DNA of 58,118 nucleotides from Perkinsus olseni (Eukaryota): NCBI GenBank assembly GCA_013115125.1, contig JABANN010000028.1, positions 62,001 to 120,118 of the forward strand, read 5' to 3'. Shown piece by piece: positions 39,071 to 52,400 of this stretch (position 1 is its first letter; each line of letters starts with the position of its first letter). The notes under the pieces were generated by a model. It saw only the letters and a program-made list of their open reading frames with translations, ran no database searches and was not told where the DNA came from. The position numbers and the translations under genes were made by a program.

Positions 39071-41697
39071 ATGAGGCGATCCTCTAAACGACATAGTCGA
39101 AGGTTGAGTGGAACACCGAAAGGGGAAGTTGATGATGTGGTAGGGATAGTTTCACCACAGACACCGAGTGGGGCCTTAGCTCAGCCCTGCACTCATTGTG
39201 GTATCACCTACTGGTGCGATGGCGACGAGATGCTACTTTGTGATGGACCTGGGTGTACCGGCGCCTACCATCTGAGGTGCTCAGCACAAGCACAGTTCCA
39301 ATATGAATATCCTGCATCAGATGCACTCGGCCAATTCTTGCATCGATGCCAACCACACCTACGTGGCTTTGCCCTTCCTGTGAGGTGAAGCACTCGGACT
39401 CATCCAGGACAGCGAAAAAGCAGAGTGAGTCGGATCGTCTCTGGTTATAACTAAGAAGGAGTCTTCTATTATTACGCTCAGACGATGATGACATGGATGT
39501 AGCTTGTGAGAAATGCCAGCTCCGATGGTGGTGGGAAGGCAACGAGATCATACTTTGTGCCCGGTAAGCTTTACCACTGGCCTTTCCGACCCCGAAAGAC
39601 CCGCCTTCGAGGTATGATTCTCACGGCTGTCATGCGGGGTGTCATCTTAAATGCCATCGGCCAAAGCTCACCACAATACCAGAGGGTGAATGGTAAGGCC
39701 TCCGCCGCTATGGGACAGCTGTTGCCTACCGCATCCTCATACTGAGTCCTTCGTAGGCTCTGTGCCAAGCACGCTCCTGAGGTCAGAACTGAGCTGGGCG
39801 TAGGAAGGGCAGGACCCGAGCTCCGGCCCAGAGTGCCAGAAGAGCGTTGCGCGGTGCCCAGTCGTGCGTGGCTGAAGGGACATTGTGAAGATGCAGGGCA
39901 GCCTCTTTGGTAAATATGATCCGCCGTATTAATGATGAGGAAGCGTCTCCTGCCACAGGGATGTCGGCTATATGAACGAGTGCCCTGTCTGTGGGCAATG
40001 GTTCTCACACAAAGGCTACATCGAGCATATCAAGTACAACACACCCATCCAGCCTACCGATGGTAGAGCGTTCCGGTGGCCTGCGTGACCGTCCTCATCC
40101 GTCATAGCACGCTAGGTGTCAGGCAATCGGCTACCAAATAGAGAGATGTCCAACTCGCTCGTCGAGTGGGAGCCAGGGTATCCTGGTTATCCTGGTAGCT
40201 ACTTCAACTCGGGTTGGTCGACAGTGATTGAGCCCGTCTCGTGTTTAGGCTTACCCAAGCATGCCTTTCTTCGTATCAATGCAGGCAGTTGCCGTCAGCT
40301 GCGTAGCACGCCACCGTGCCAGGCGAGGTCAATGCTGCGGCAGCATGGTAAGAATGGGAGATCACATCGGCAGCATGAACGCCAGATGTTACCAGGAATT
40401 CCACCGAGGAGTATCCGGCTGGCCACCGCTCTTGTAGGTGTCTGGTTCAACTCGCAGATCTTTCGAGGACGCCTTGGCCCCTTGCTCGATTTGGCGAAGC
40501 ATAGAGAGGCTCTCCTCGAGAAGGAGAATGTGAGCATGTACCAATATGACTACTACGCCGGTGAGTGTCGTCTTGGCGTCTCGGTGGTGGTTAGTGTAAT
40601 GGGTGCAGATGGTCTAACTCGGGCATCGGATGTGATTGATGCTGATGGTGTGGATTACCGAGAGCACTTGAACACTCTGAGGGAACATGTGTCCTTCGTA
40701 GTGAGAGAGATATTTCCGGAGTTGTCTGTCACTTACCAAGAGGGGCACGATAAAGTGAGCACGGACTGCCGCTGCTGAATTGCCGCTGCTGAACGTGGGT
40801 GACTCAGCCAGGCTGAGAAGGCTCCCTCAGCTCCTTCTCGACAGGTGCGCTTCTTCAACGGTAGCTACCACACGCCCCTCCATGCCGATCATACGCTTCA
40901 ACACAGACTAGTCGGCTACGACACAACAGACTGCACTCTCTTAACGGTATGGGTGGCCCTCTCGAGGACCAAGAAGGGTGAGTGATTGTTGCAGTTCAAA
41001 ATCACCTTCGCTCCCCCAGCTCGTGACGCTCTATGCTTCTACTTGCCCGGTGGGGACTCGACATGTCTGCAAGAAGGCACGGTGGCCTGTATGGTCGACG
41101 TGGAGCCCGGCGCCTGCGCCATGTTCCTCGAGACTACGCCCCACTTCTGTCCGAAGGAAGTACAGCTCTTCATAGCTGGTATCAATCAACCTCATACTCT
41201 CAGCAATGCTGGCGGAAATATCCCAAGGGATTCCGGGCCTCGGTAGACATGCGCTTCGTCATCTCACCAGCGGGCAAACCCAAACATTTGGGTTCTGAGT
41301 TGAAGGAGGAATTGGCGTCGGACTCCCCAGCAATACGGGTAAGCAACTCGACGACTCGATGCCTCCTTGACAGAGCTGTAGGACTGTCCCCTATGTATGG
41401 TGCCGCGGGCCCGGCCTCCACGGTGGAGAAGTCCGAGAGAAACTTGGTTATTCCGTCAAGAAAGAGAGCCTGTTTTTGGCCTACCAAATTGTAAACGAAG
41501 AGAGAAAGTTTAGTAGGCTTGGTCTCTGCCAAAGTTCATGCAACTATCACTCTCTCTGTCGTTGTTGTGTTGACGAGTACTCTTCTCAAGAAGTACTCAC
41601 GCGCCGGAAGCGATGCATCCGGTTCAGCCATCGGCCCGATTGGGATAACGCAGACGACCCAGTGAGCGAATCGCCTCCTTATTTGAACTCAGAGTGA
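39071..41697 (+). CDS. Tandem PHD fingers + C2H-type zinc finger + PhyH-like 2OG-Fe(II) dioxygenase domain
   Basis: PHD1 CTHC..LLCDGPGC..YHLRC..WLCPSC; PHD2 CEKC..ILC..GC..CHLKC..WLCAKH; CPVCGQWF....IEH; then TPLHAD, LTVWVALS, LCFYLPG, EPGACAMF..TPH, RASVDMRF. Exons can be spliced in frame with GT-AG introns. The 3' end is less certain. Confidence 0.75.
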
Positions 41698-42029
41698 ACA
41701 GGCGATGTGCGTCACGGCGCAGACGCTGCTATCTGACTGGTCGTCCCGAGTAGTAGCAATTCAACGCCAAATCCATAGCAGTCAATGCTTGGATCTTTCT
41801 CGGGATATCGCTTTACCGCGGCAACGACATGACACGCAGGACGTCGCCGTCGCGATGCTTTCGCTTCCTTTTTTGATCCCTCCCACTCCTCTAAGACTCA
41901 ACGTTACCTTCACGTTAACGATGCAACACGCGAGCGGCGGTCGTGATAGTGATTTCATGGTAACGATTAGTCGGTCAATAAGGCCAACTAGTGAGCTCCT
42001 TCGTTATTAAGATATGGCGATTTTTAGTG

Positions 42030-43910
42030 CCTACTTGCTACACCAGAAGCAGCTCGCTCCCATTAGCAGTTGACAACTCAAATCCGACATGGTAAACCCA
42101 ACGGGATTAGACACCAGCAGCTATGGTCGAGTAGAGCCCACGCAGCACATTCACATGGCCAGCCTTGGAACCGTGAGAAAGATGCTCATCTTGGGAGGTC
42201 TCCAAGCCATAATCTAGCAGGTACCTATGAAGGCATGAGGTTGCTGGGGCCCGGTAGGGATGGTTGAAGGGGAGCACGTACCCGAAGACTTGTTTGGGCA
42301 CGATACCCTTCAGCTGGCAAGCGTCCACAACTCGAGCAAAGGAGGCTCTGACCTCTTCAACGTCGATGCGCATGCTGCTCTGCTTCAACTGACACGGCGG
42401 CCAACTACCACCAACAGAGCCGACATTTACTATTGGAAATGACCGCTAACCTCCTCTATTCTGTCCCAGAGAAGCAATGGCCTGCCTAGGACGGAGGCTG
42501 CTAGCCACAGGAGGACAAAGCGACCCTCTGTGGAGACCCCCATGGCCCCCAAAGGAGCTGAGTTAGTTATTGGATACCTGAGGCTACTTTGATCGTGGCT
42601 TCACACCGCATCCCTTACAGTATCAATGGTGCTGTCAGTGGGAGCGGTGACAACGGATAGCCATCCGCCTGTCCACCGAAGACTCCCCCACCTGAGGCAT
42701 CAGCTAGCTGACGGAAACAGAAACAACTCGCACCTTTCGCGAGAGTGGCCGATGGCACCGACAGGATGAGCCTGAGTGGGGAATCTTAGGTAGCTTCTTG
42801 CCGAAGCGGCCCACTCGTTCAAGGTATCGATGCACTCTGCCGTTCTGCTGATGCCCCCGTCGTCCTTCTTCGCTTTCGACGACTCAGAACGAGGCAGTCT
42901 AACGAGGCTGATGATCTCCCTGTTGGCCAGCGGCAGGCCGGTATCAGGACATGCAGTGGTGGATGGAGAGACGTCGAGCAGGCTGAGAGGCAGCTCACTA
43001 GACGGTCCACAACTGCCGCAGTCACCTTCCACAGCACGTGAAGGAGCCGCCAACACCGGTGATGATTGAGTACCGGCGGCCACCGCAGATCGATATTCCC
43101 TCGGGGATGGTGCCTGGGTATGGACTGCTGCCATGTTGCCGCTGCAGCTGCGACTATTGCCGACCTGTGCTGGTGGGCTCACAAAGCGCCAGAGCCGCGA
43201 GAGCCTCCGGATGCCCCATAGCGTAGGCTTCTTCCACACCGGTACCCAGGCCAAGGGCATCACCAAAGGGTCTAAGGGGGAGGGGCGATGATGGTCAACC
43301 CCCAGCTCGTAACTCAATGAATAGCAGCAAGAGAAGAGGGGCTGCTCACTTGTTAGAGGTTAGACCGAGAAGAATCTTCCCGGCCAACTCGTCATCGCTG
43401 ATGACCCTATTGTAAGGTAGGAATTGAGGGCATCCACTGCTCTCCACTACCGACTGAGAGCACCCATCAACGGCGGCCAAGTGGTCAGAAATAGTTCTGT
43501 GGTACCTTGTCAGTGGAGGTATCAAATATCCCCACTTTACTGAGCCTAGCAGAACAGGACGACCACCAGTCCTCGTCCAGCCAGCCCTCCGACGGAGGCC
43601 TCTTAGGAGCGATGTCCTCAACGACACGACGAGCAACACGAAGATATGCCTGGAAAGACTTCTTCATAACTTTACGATCAAGGTGGGCCTCATGCTAGAG
43701 CCGTAGACGTCACCAGCCGCTCTACAAGGGCCTACTTCTTTCGAGTTCAACTCCACCAGTTTCTCGTAGGCAGCGTCCTCATACTCGACCCTTTCTTCCA
43801 CCTCCTCAGCTTCATCTGCAGCGGCCTCATCACCCGCTTCGGAAGGGGGCTCGACGTTGGCTGGTCTCAGAGGTGCGTATCTGCTGTGAGATTTCGCTAG
43901 AGTTCACCAT
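42030..43910 (-). CDS. Hypothetical multi-exon protein with acidic N-terminus
   Basis: MVNSSEISQQ...DEAEEVEERVEYEDAAYEKL|HEAHLDRKVMKKSFQAYLRVARRVVED..., with further minus-strand exons; stop uncertain. Confidence 0.5.
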
Positions 43911-44052
43911 GAGGTCATGCTCATCACCCCAATGCCTGCGTGAAGTAATTGAGAAAGCAGGCTAGCTTGTGGCCTTGGGTTGGAACGCTGCTGTTGGAGC
44001 GATAGAAGAATCTTTTGAAATTGGGAGAGGCCAGTCGAGGATCTATCAGCGA

Positions 44053-44830
44053 ATGCCAGCACCACAGGGATGGGCATCGGAGGTCGTACTGGAAGGAAGC
44101 AGGCAAAGGAAGCCTGAGCAGAGGATGTAGAGGCTCAGCCGGCTGGAGATGGTCACGCTGCCGTTACGGCCTGAGACGCGTGTTAAGAGTGTAGTGAAAG
44201 AGATCGCCATGGGAACCTTTAACGAGGAGCTTCGGTCGGTCTCCTTGAAGGGACTCGGGTCCATCCAATACGTAGCGAGACATGGTTGGAAGAACGAAGT
44301 CGAAGAAGGCATCATACAGGTCGGAAGATATGCCTGACTTCACCACCACCACCATCATACTGAGCATCGAGAAGGCCCCGTGACGGACCTCTGAGCTGTT
44401 CGAAGAGTGGTACGACATCAGCGAAGTAGGAAGGAACTTCCACTTTTGCCGGCAGCGTGTTCTGGTCCTTTTTGCTCCCACCTGGTCGCACTCGGTGAAA
44501 GAAGGCTACATGCCCTCCTACGTTTGCTCTTTCTCCTCGACCCTTCACCTCTGTACGCTTTCATAGCCCTCACATCAAGTGGCGCACAGCCACTGTAGTG
44601 AGCCAGATGGCAGAGGAGCTGCTGGTATCTACTGTGGCAGTCTGCCATTTCCTCAACCCGTGGAGGGGCTCACTCCTCGGGTGTGCGTACCCAACTGCTC
44701 TCCTTATCACACACCTACACAGCGTGTCATGCCCCGCGTGGCCTCATGGGAGGTACTTTGGCAAGCTCCTCTGATATTAACTCCCATGATTCCGGATGAT
44801 CGAAGGGGAGCGCTAGAGTGGGCGGGCTGA
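44053..44830 (+). CDS. Small hypothetical multi-exon protein
   Basis: Protein-like pieces MVTLPLRPETRVKSVVKEIAMG... and RVMPRVASWEVLWQAPL...; splicing not fully resolved. Confidence 0.35.
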
Positions 44831-45028
44831 TCTTACGGTCAGACATGAAGCCAGTGAGTCGAACTCGCCGCGAAATTCACTGTAACTCTACAAGACCTCG
44901 GCCTACTTGATAACTACAGAACTAATAAAACAGCACAAAATGTTATATACTCTTAGTGAATAAATTGGAGCTCTCCATGATGGTGGAAGATAGGGGACAA
45001 CGTAGTGCGTGGTGGACACGCATCAACC

Positions 45029-46075
45029 TTAGATATCAACTGCGAGCTGCTCAGCAACCTTGATGTTCTCAACTGCTGCCTTGAATTCGAGGAAGGAGAG
45101 CTTGCCGTCCATATTCCTGGGATGGCGAGAGCTACATGATACAGGGGAATTGTGGTAGTACTTATCAGTGTCCCTCATCGTGCGGTCCACCAACTGCTGC
45201 AGCTGCTCATCAGCGAGGTTATCACCGACCATCATCTTCATCACCTAAGAGTCCAACACCAGTTCATCATCACCTCAGTGGTCCTGAAGCCTTGCCTGGA
45301 AGAGGTCCCCATTACTGATATAACCGTCCTTATCCACATCATAGACCTGAGCAGAATGCCGAGCGTGCCCCCGAATGACTCTGCTCAACTCTTCCACCCG
45401 GAAAATTGAACTGCATCTCTTTTCGAAGTTCGTACGACACGATGAGGTCGTATAACGACGTGATAAATTCTGCGTTCTACGTTCCGAGTGGAGAAAGTCA
45501 TCTATGCTGCGCTCCTTCCCTAGCCAGCCAAGCGAGATGTATGAGTCGCTAGCGATGGAACTAATACGGGTTAAAACTCTATCGGGATGGGAAGCTTCAC
45601 AGCTTGGATAGGCGACGGTATGTTGTCTCACCTCGAATGCAAACTTGAGTTTCTCCTCCTCATCGGAGCCCACCGCTACTCGAGCCAAACCCACTAGGAA
45701 CTCTATAAACGATACTGTACCTGAGCATGCTACCTGAGTGGCGATGCGATACGCTGCTAAACACTACCATTGCCATCCACGTCAAAAATGCTGACAACCC
45801 GCCGGACTAAAGGATTCTCGGATATCTCCCTCACACCTGCCGTATCCAAGGTTGAAGCGAGGCATTGGCAAATCTGACCCTACCGAGCAGTTCCGATGGA
45901 TCGAGTTGTCCATTGCCATCCTTGTCTAAAGCTTGGAACCTGATGACGACCCCCTCCTTCGTTGTGATGCCTTTCCCAGCCCGTACTACCTGCTGTATAG
46001 TCGCCTAATATCTTGCTCAGTAAAGCTGGCAATAGAATGCATCTCGCTCTTACTTATGGACTGGGAGCCTCCCAT
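45029..46075 (-). CDS. CNB1: Calcineurin subunit B (four EF-hands, N-myristoylation signal)
   Basis: [93 protein letters not shown]. Confidence 0.95.
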
Positions 46076-46180
46076 GTTGGCAACGACAGGGGTAATAAAA
46101 CAACAGTCCTGACAGTGGAAAGCTGACGATACTACACGAACGGCAGCGTGATCGCCTAGGAGCAGGCTCTTGTACCACTA

Positions 46181-46651
46181 AAGGGTGTTTCAAAACCTCG
46201 TGAGCACTTTTGAGTAGACCGAAGTCAGTGCCGCGTGAGAGTTAGGGATTAAAATTTTGGGGAAATCTTACCAGCATCCTCGTCCATCGGCGTGGCAAAT
46301 CTCATCGGATTATGTGGAGCGTGCCTCAAGGAATACCCGTTCAACACGCTCTCGGAAGAGGTTGGCTCAGACGACTTCCCATTCACCCAGGGCCGAAATA
46401 CTCATGTGGGGGGGGCCGAGAACATTTTGCAACTCAGCGTGAATCGCGAATCGAAAGTCGTCTGAGCCAGCATCTTTCGTGAGCGCGTTAGACGTTCATA
46501 TCTGTAGACACGTGGCGCCTAATTCGATGAGACCTGGCATGCCGATTGATGGGGACGCTGGCCCTAATTACCGAAAATTTTAACCCCTAACTCTCCCGCG
46601 GCCCTGACTTCTGTGTACTCAAAAGTGCTCACGAGGTTTTGAAACACCCTT
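46181..46651. mobile_element. MITE, Tc1/mariner-type, with ~80-bp terminal inverted repeats and TA target duplication
   Basis: TA-aagggtgtttcaaaacctcgtgagcacttttgagta... pairs with ...tactcaaaagtgctcacgaggttttgaaacaccctt-TA; the outer ~36 bp are perfect; no transposase. Confidence 0.9.
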
Positions 46652-47096
46652 TACAATGGGAGCCGATCTCACCCGATAAACCACGATGGAGGAAAACTCA
46701 ACAGCCAGGGCACATCAAAGCTTAGAAACACATATGCTAAGCCCTACAGTGGAAGCGCTATCTTATTTCCGGAGAGAACTCGCTTTATTCAGTCCAATCG
46801 CCGCTTCTGCTGCTGCGCTTCCTGCAATTTTCCTGCGTTGTTAATTTATGTTGCGCCACTTACTGTGGTAGAGTTATAGACCGAGGATACTTTACGGTTT
46901 GATAATTAGAAGTAGTACATATAATTCGCGAGCATGGATCCCTGAGGGATCCGAGGGATCTTCCCTCGATGAACTACAGTGCTTTATGAGAGACGTTGCG
47001 GCTTCTACCAAGAGTAAAGAGGGAGGAGGCCGCGTTTAGCTGGAGCGCTTGATGGGGCTGCCTGCGAGTAGTTGGGTTATATATATTCTATTGAAG

Positions 47097-48984
47097 ATGG
47101 CACCTAAAATAAAGGAACAGGGCACGACAGATGAGGAGTACTGTAAACTGGGATACTACGGCAGGCTGCGATACAGGCTAAGGACCGACCCTCGGAGAGT
47201 CGCTGATCTCGGGATGGTCTTCTCCAGTGTGCTTGTCGAATGGATAGGAGCTACTCTCATGGCGCCCATCACCCCATGGTAGGATAGTTGGGGCTGAATA
47301 ATGCCATCAAGCATGATTTAAAGGTACGTGAAGAAGTTGGCACCTAACATGGGTCAGGGGAAGGCCGCCTCGGTACTCATGGCCTCCTATAATATAGGGA
47401 TGTTCGTCACTTCCCTCTTCACAGGACCTCTCTCGGATAGGTAGTCAAGGACCTGTACGGCGATACAACTCTGTTAGGCGTGAGATTCTCCCTCTTCAGA
47501 GTGGGCCGTCGTCCCGTCTTCCTCATTGCCCTACTCCTTTACACCGGTGCCCAGTTTGCTGACGCTAACGCCTGGGACCTCGCTAGTCTGGCCGGCTTCA
47601 GAGCCCTTGAAGGAGTTCTCGCTGGTAACACGGCGTCAGCTCCTTACAGAGAACACCATCATCCCTTCAGGCACTCGCCCCGTCATCATAGCGTATCTTA
47701 GTGACATCAGTGAGAATGATGATATGAAGCTGTATGGTGTGATCATGGGGATCTTTGTCGTCATCGGGCAGCTGCTTGGTCCTGTCATAGGTAAGCTGTG
47801 CGGCCTTGAGTTACGGTCGAGTCTATCTCTCAGGCGGAGCACTCTTGCAATATTCAATGTGGCTGCCATTTTACTTCATGGGTATCCTGGCCGCCGTTCT
47901 CCTCTTACTTGAGTTCTTCTTCCTACGAGAGTCCCTCGTGAAGGATGACAACGGGAAGCTCGTGTCAAGAGCGAAGACGGCCGAAGAGGAAAATATTGAA
48001 TTCCCGAAGAATAAGTGGCTCATTCCCACCGTTATTTGCCTGGGGATTGCTGCCTTCTGCAGACAGTAAGCTCAGAGTTCTCATCGGACCTTTCTGTGAA
48101 ATCCCTCCTTACTCTCAAGATACGTCTACTTAACATGGAACACCGTTTTCGGTTTACTCGGCGCTGACCGCTTCCACCTCTCCTCATCCGCCAACGGAGT
48201 GGTCATGGGCATCCAAGCCGCAGTGGCCATCGTCGCCAACATCATTTACGTGCCACTTACACGTGAGCTTATCACAGTCAGTTTCCACCGCTTCATCTCT
48301 CTGCTGATCGTCAGGTATCTTGGTCCCTGCTCGCATTGGGTGCATTGGTCAACTTATGTGTGTCGTTGTTATAGCCGTACCTTGGATATATAACCTCTAC
48401 GCAGCTGTCTTTCTCGGTATGATGGTCAACATCGGCGGTAATACCACATTTCCTTCACTTCATGCTCTGTGCTACCCCATACCATGCCAGGTAACCTCTA
48501 TTTCGGCGGCTTAGCTTACTTTAACGCCGTCATCTCTCCGCCTAAGAGAAGAGGCCTCATCAACTCCCTCGTCATCGCCATGTCCAACGCTGGTAAGTTT
48601 CCCTTCTTAGCAGTCGCCCTTCACTCTCCCTCCAGGTGGTATTTGTGGCCCGCTGCTGGCAGGAGTCCTCTATGACATGAGCCCCGTCCATCACGCGTAT
48701 CCCTTCTACATGAGCACTGCTATGGCGGTCATCGGAGGAATCTCTTGTAAGTTGCTTTGCTTGCTACCACTCCTTTCTCAACTCATACCCCAGGTTTCGG
48801 TATTGATCGTGGTATCAAGCACGCCCTCGACCTACGTGCCCAGCTTCAAGTTCAATACAAGTCAACGGACAATAGCACGAAGAGTCCGGTCTCTTCGTCG
48901 CCTACCAACTGTTCAGCCGCTTCTTCCACCGTCACTCCTGCCAGCGGCTCCCAGCCCAGTAATTTCGTGGCGCGTGACGCTTAA
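47097..48984 (+). CDS. Major facilitator superfamily transporter (DHA1/TetA-like), multi-exon
   Basis: Motif A GPLSDRVGRRPVFL, FRALEG, AYLSDIS, GQLLGPVIGG; many transmembrane segments. Confidence 0.88.
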
Positions 48985-49438
48985 CATGATTGTGTGTGTA
49001 CGTTGATACTTCATGGTTGTTTTTTCTCTTTCTAATATGTTTCTTCTTCCAGTTTTCTCTTCCTGGTTCTACCATCTAGTTCGCAGCTTCCTGGCTTTTT
49101 CACCCGACGACAGGTGTCGTTTCACAGTGCTCTCCTTTTCCGAGATCTACTCAGAGGACTTACCTTGTGTTACAGTAATAATCTCAATCAGGCTAGCCCT
49201 ACGACGTCTCCAACTCCCCATCCATATTTGTGGATGGACCCCCGCTCGCTCGACTGAGCACATTTCTTGCAATTTTCATGCAAACTTTTCACGAGGCTGT
49301 TGCTGTTTCTGATGAATCATCAGTGATGATGATGTTGAGCACCACGATGAATCCTGCATTGGATTCGCGATTGGGAATTTCTGTGCATTCAGTTTTTCTC
49401 GGGTGGCTGCTGCTACTACTACCGTTGTTTAGCCCACC

Positions 49439-52400
49439 ATGGCGACTCTTTCAACCATACCCAGCAGGAGGCGATTATCACCCCGACTAGTGTTATGTCT
49501 ATTGGTGCTTCTCTTGCACTCCGCTGTTTTAGCGGCCGGCGCTAACATACTCGGGATCGATATAGGAAATCAGTACTTCAAGGTGGCTGTTGTAAAGCGG
49601 GGAAAATTTGAGATTGTAAGAGCCCGCCAGCCCTATCACGATGAGAGAGTTTCGGATTAGGTTCACAACTTGCATAGCAAGCGGAAGACTCCAACGGCGA
49701 TCAGCTTTGCGGAGGATGTAACGATAGGCTGGAGGAGGGAGGGGTGTAGGGATGCTTGGTGTAGGTACGGTCGTATGGCGATGATGCGGTGGCACAGTTT
49801 GCTAAGAAGCCGGAACAAGTACCGATGTAGGTTGTAGTTGAAAAGATGGGGTAGTTGTGAGAGTTTCGAGTAGGTACTTTTTACCGTTGCTCGGGGCTAA
49901 CTTCACCTCGGAGGAGGACATGACCATCGGACTGCCGAAAAATTATTATCCGTACAAACTCGGTTATGATGCTGATGGAAGGAAGGTAGAAAGCTCAAAG
50001 TGCTGTTGGTGGTGTGGGTGACGACGATGCATCGTCAGGCCGTTGCATTCACTACCATTACACCGGACACCAGCAGTCTAGCGCCAGGCGAGGAGGCTGA
50101 GGAGAAGGACGAGAAATTTGGAACCGGCATGGCCTCTGAGGAAGTCACTGGTAGGGAAGAGGAGGGGAGACAGTCGGTGCCTGACCTCCTTTTTGTGATA
50201 GGCCATCTCTTGGCCTTCGCTCGCCACCTAGCTGAGCTCAGTGATGAGGACCACATGTCTGCCAGGGGTAAAGGGAGAGTAGCCCGTGGGGCCCATACAA
50301 GCGAGGCGGTCATTACTGTAATAGACCTCGGTGAGGCTGTTTGTTGCTACTTTGAGTTGCCCAGGTACCATCATGGGCCTCGCAAAGGTATCGTCAGGCA
50401 GTACTTGACGCGGCTGAGATTGCTGGCTTTGCCCGGACCACTTTAGTACACGAGACAACGGCAGCTGCGGTACAGAGGGCAGTCGATGTCAAGTGAGAAG
50501 GCTTGGCCGGGAATATGGACAGATTATTACCGTTGGGGCTGTTGTTAGGTTCGAAAATTCGGATTCCCTGATCACCCTCTTCGTGAACATCGGAGCTATG
50601 CAGACTGAGGTGTGCGTGGTTCGTTACACTAAGCATGTGGCTGCTGGCAACGTCACAGTGCCGCATGTGCATGTGCTGGGCTGTGCTCATACGGGGAAGG
50701 TACTGCTGGAGAGGGGGCCTGCTGGGAGGGACTTGGCGTTATTGCAGGTCGCTGGGCATAAGATAGACCTCCTCATAGCTGATCGAATGGCTGAGACCTT
50801 CTGCGAGAAGAACAGGAAGTTATGTGAAGAGTTCAGGAAGAGTACCAGAGCATCGTAATAGCGTCATCGCTCGAGAGGGACCATATTGTGATGGTTGCAG
50901 GGCCAAGCTGTTGAAGGCTGCTAACAATGCTAAGCACGTGTTGTCGGCCAATAAGGAGATGGTCTTCCAGATAGAGAGCCTGTATGAGGATACTGATTTC
51001 AAGACTGTAATACCGGCTACCACTGGGATAGTCTTTTTGTATTCTTTTGCCGTAGCCCTTGGCACGATCGGAGCTCGATGAGATGATCGCAAAGGCTGGT
51101 ATGGAGACAGCCCTACAGAGCACGGTAGGGGCGGTTGGTGGACTTGTCTGCTGTTGGTGATGGTGGTGACATCAGATCCAACAAGCATTGGTGAACAGTA
51201 ACGTGTCGAGCATCTCTGAGGTCACTGAGGCTGAGGTGGTTGGAGGTGGATGGAGAGTTCCTAGACTTCACAAGGTCGTGGCAGACATCGTTACTCCAGC
51301 GGAGTTGGGCCAGCATCTTAATGGTACTATTGGTCGTTAGCTCACTTCTATGGGCTCGGATTCCGCTGGCATCAACCTTGGATACTTCAGGTGAGGAGGC
51401 CATCGCCTTTGGTGCTGCTATGATCGGTGCCAACTCTAGCAAGAGCTTCCGAGTGCGCAAGATGTGGTTGACGGATACCAACTCGGAGCACGAGTAGTGT
51501 CTTCAACGAAACCACGACCGATCCACCATCGTACGCTTTCAGATACAAGATGGCGCTGTCTCCGCTGAACCCTGAGGGGGCCTCTGTGGAAGGCATGAAC
51601 GCTGACTGGCAGAGGGCTCAGGTCTTAGCATCGAAGGGGCATAAGCTCTCGTGGAAGAAGGCGGTGAGTGAAGGGCGACCCGACGGGCCTGCGATGGGAA
51701 AGGAGTATCTTTGTCAGGTTAAGTTACACGTCCCATTCGACCTCAAGTTGAGTATCTTTGAGGATGATAACCTCCTTGAGACCATAGACATTACTGGAGT
51801 GGAGGACGCTTTGCCTAAGCAGCAACAGAAGCGGAAGGAAATCGTTGATGGCGCCCTGGCTGTTGACCCCAACCTGGAGCTTCCGTCCCTCACCGACCTG
51901 CCTACAGTGAGTCCCTGCGCTAGGCTGACAGGAGATAGAGTGGTGTCTTTCCAAGGTTGAGCTTAAGTTCGAGTCCGACTCGAGCGGTATACTGAGACTC
52001 AACAAGGCTCAGGCAATTTTCGAGACGTTGAGGAACCGGGTAGGACAGCGTCCACCCCTATCAAGGGATTGCTGTGCCGAATGTCGTGGCCAACGTCCCA
52101 ATGGATGAATCATCCAGGATGATAGGGATGTGGAAAATTCTGGTCTCAGACCATCAAGGCAAAGGCGCCGAAGGTGGCATCAAAGAAGGCCAACACTACT
52201 ACTAATGATACTTCTACTACCAGCAACAGCACTACTACTGAGGAGGCTGTCAAGACTAACAGTAGGGGCTCCTCGGAGGGACGCGGGCGGTATGGGTCGT
52301 GACGTAAGGTACAGACCAGACCAACTCGACCGAGGCGGCTGCGTCTCCTGTGGAGGATGACCAGCAACCTACCTGGAAGATGGTGAAGTCGAAGGCCTTT

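Noticed and set aside
52193-52240. ACT-rich repeat
   Set aside because: Encodes an ordinary Thr-rich low-complexity loop of GRP170
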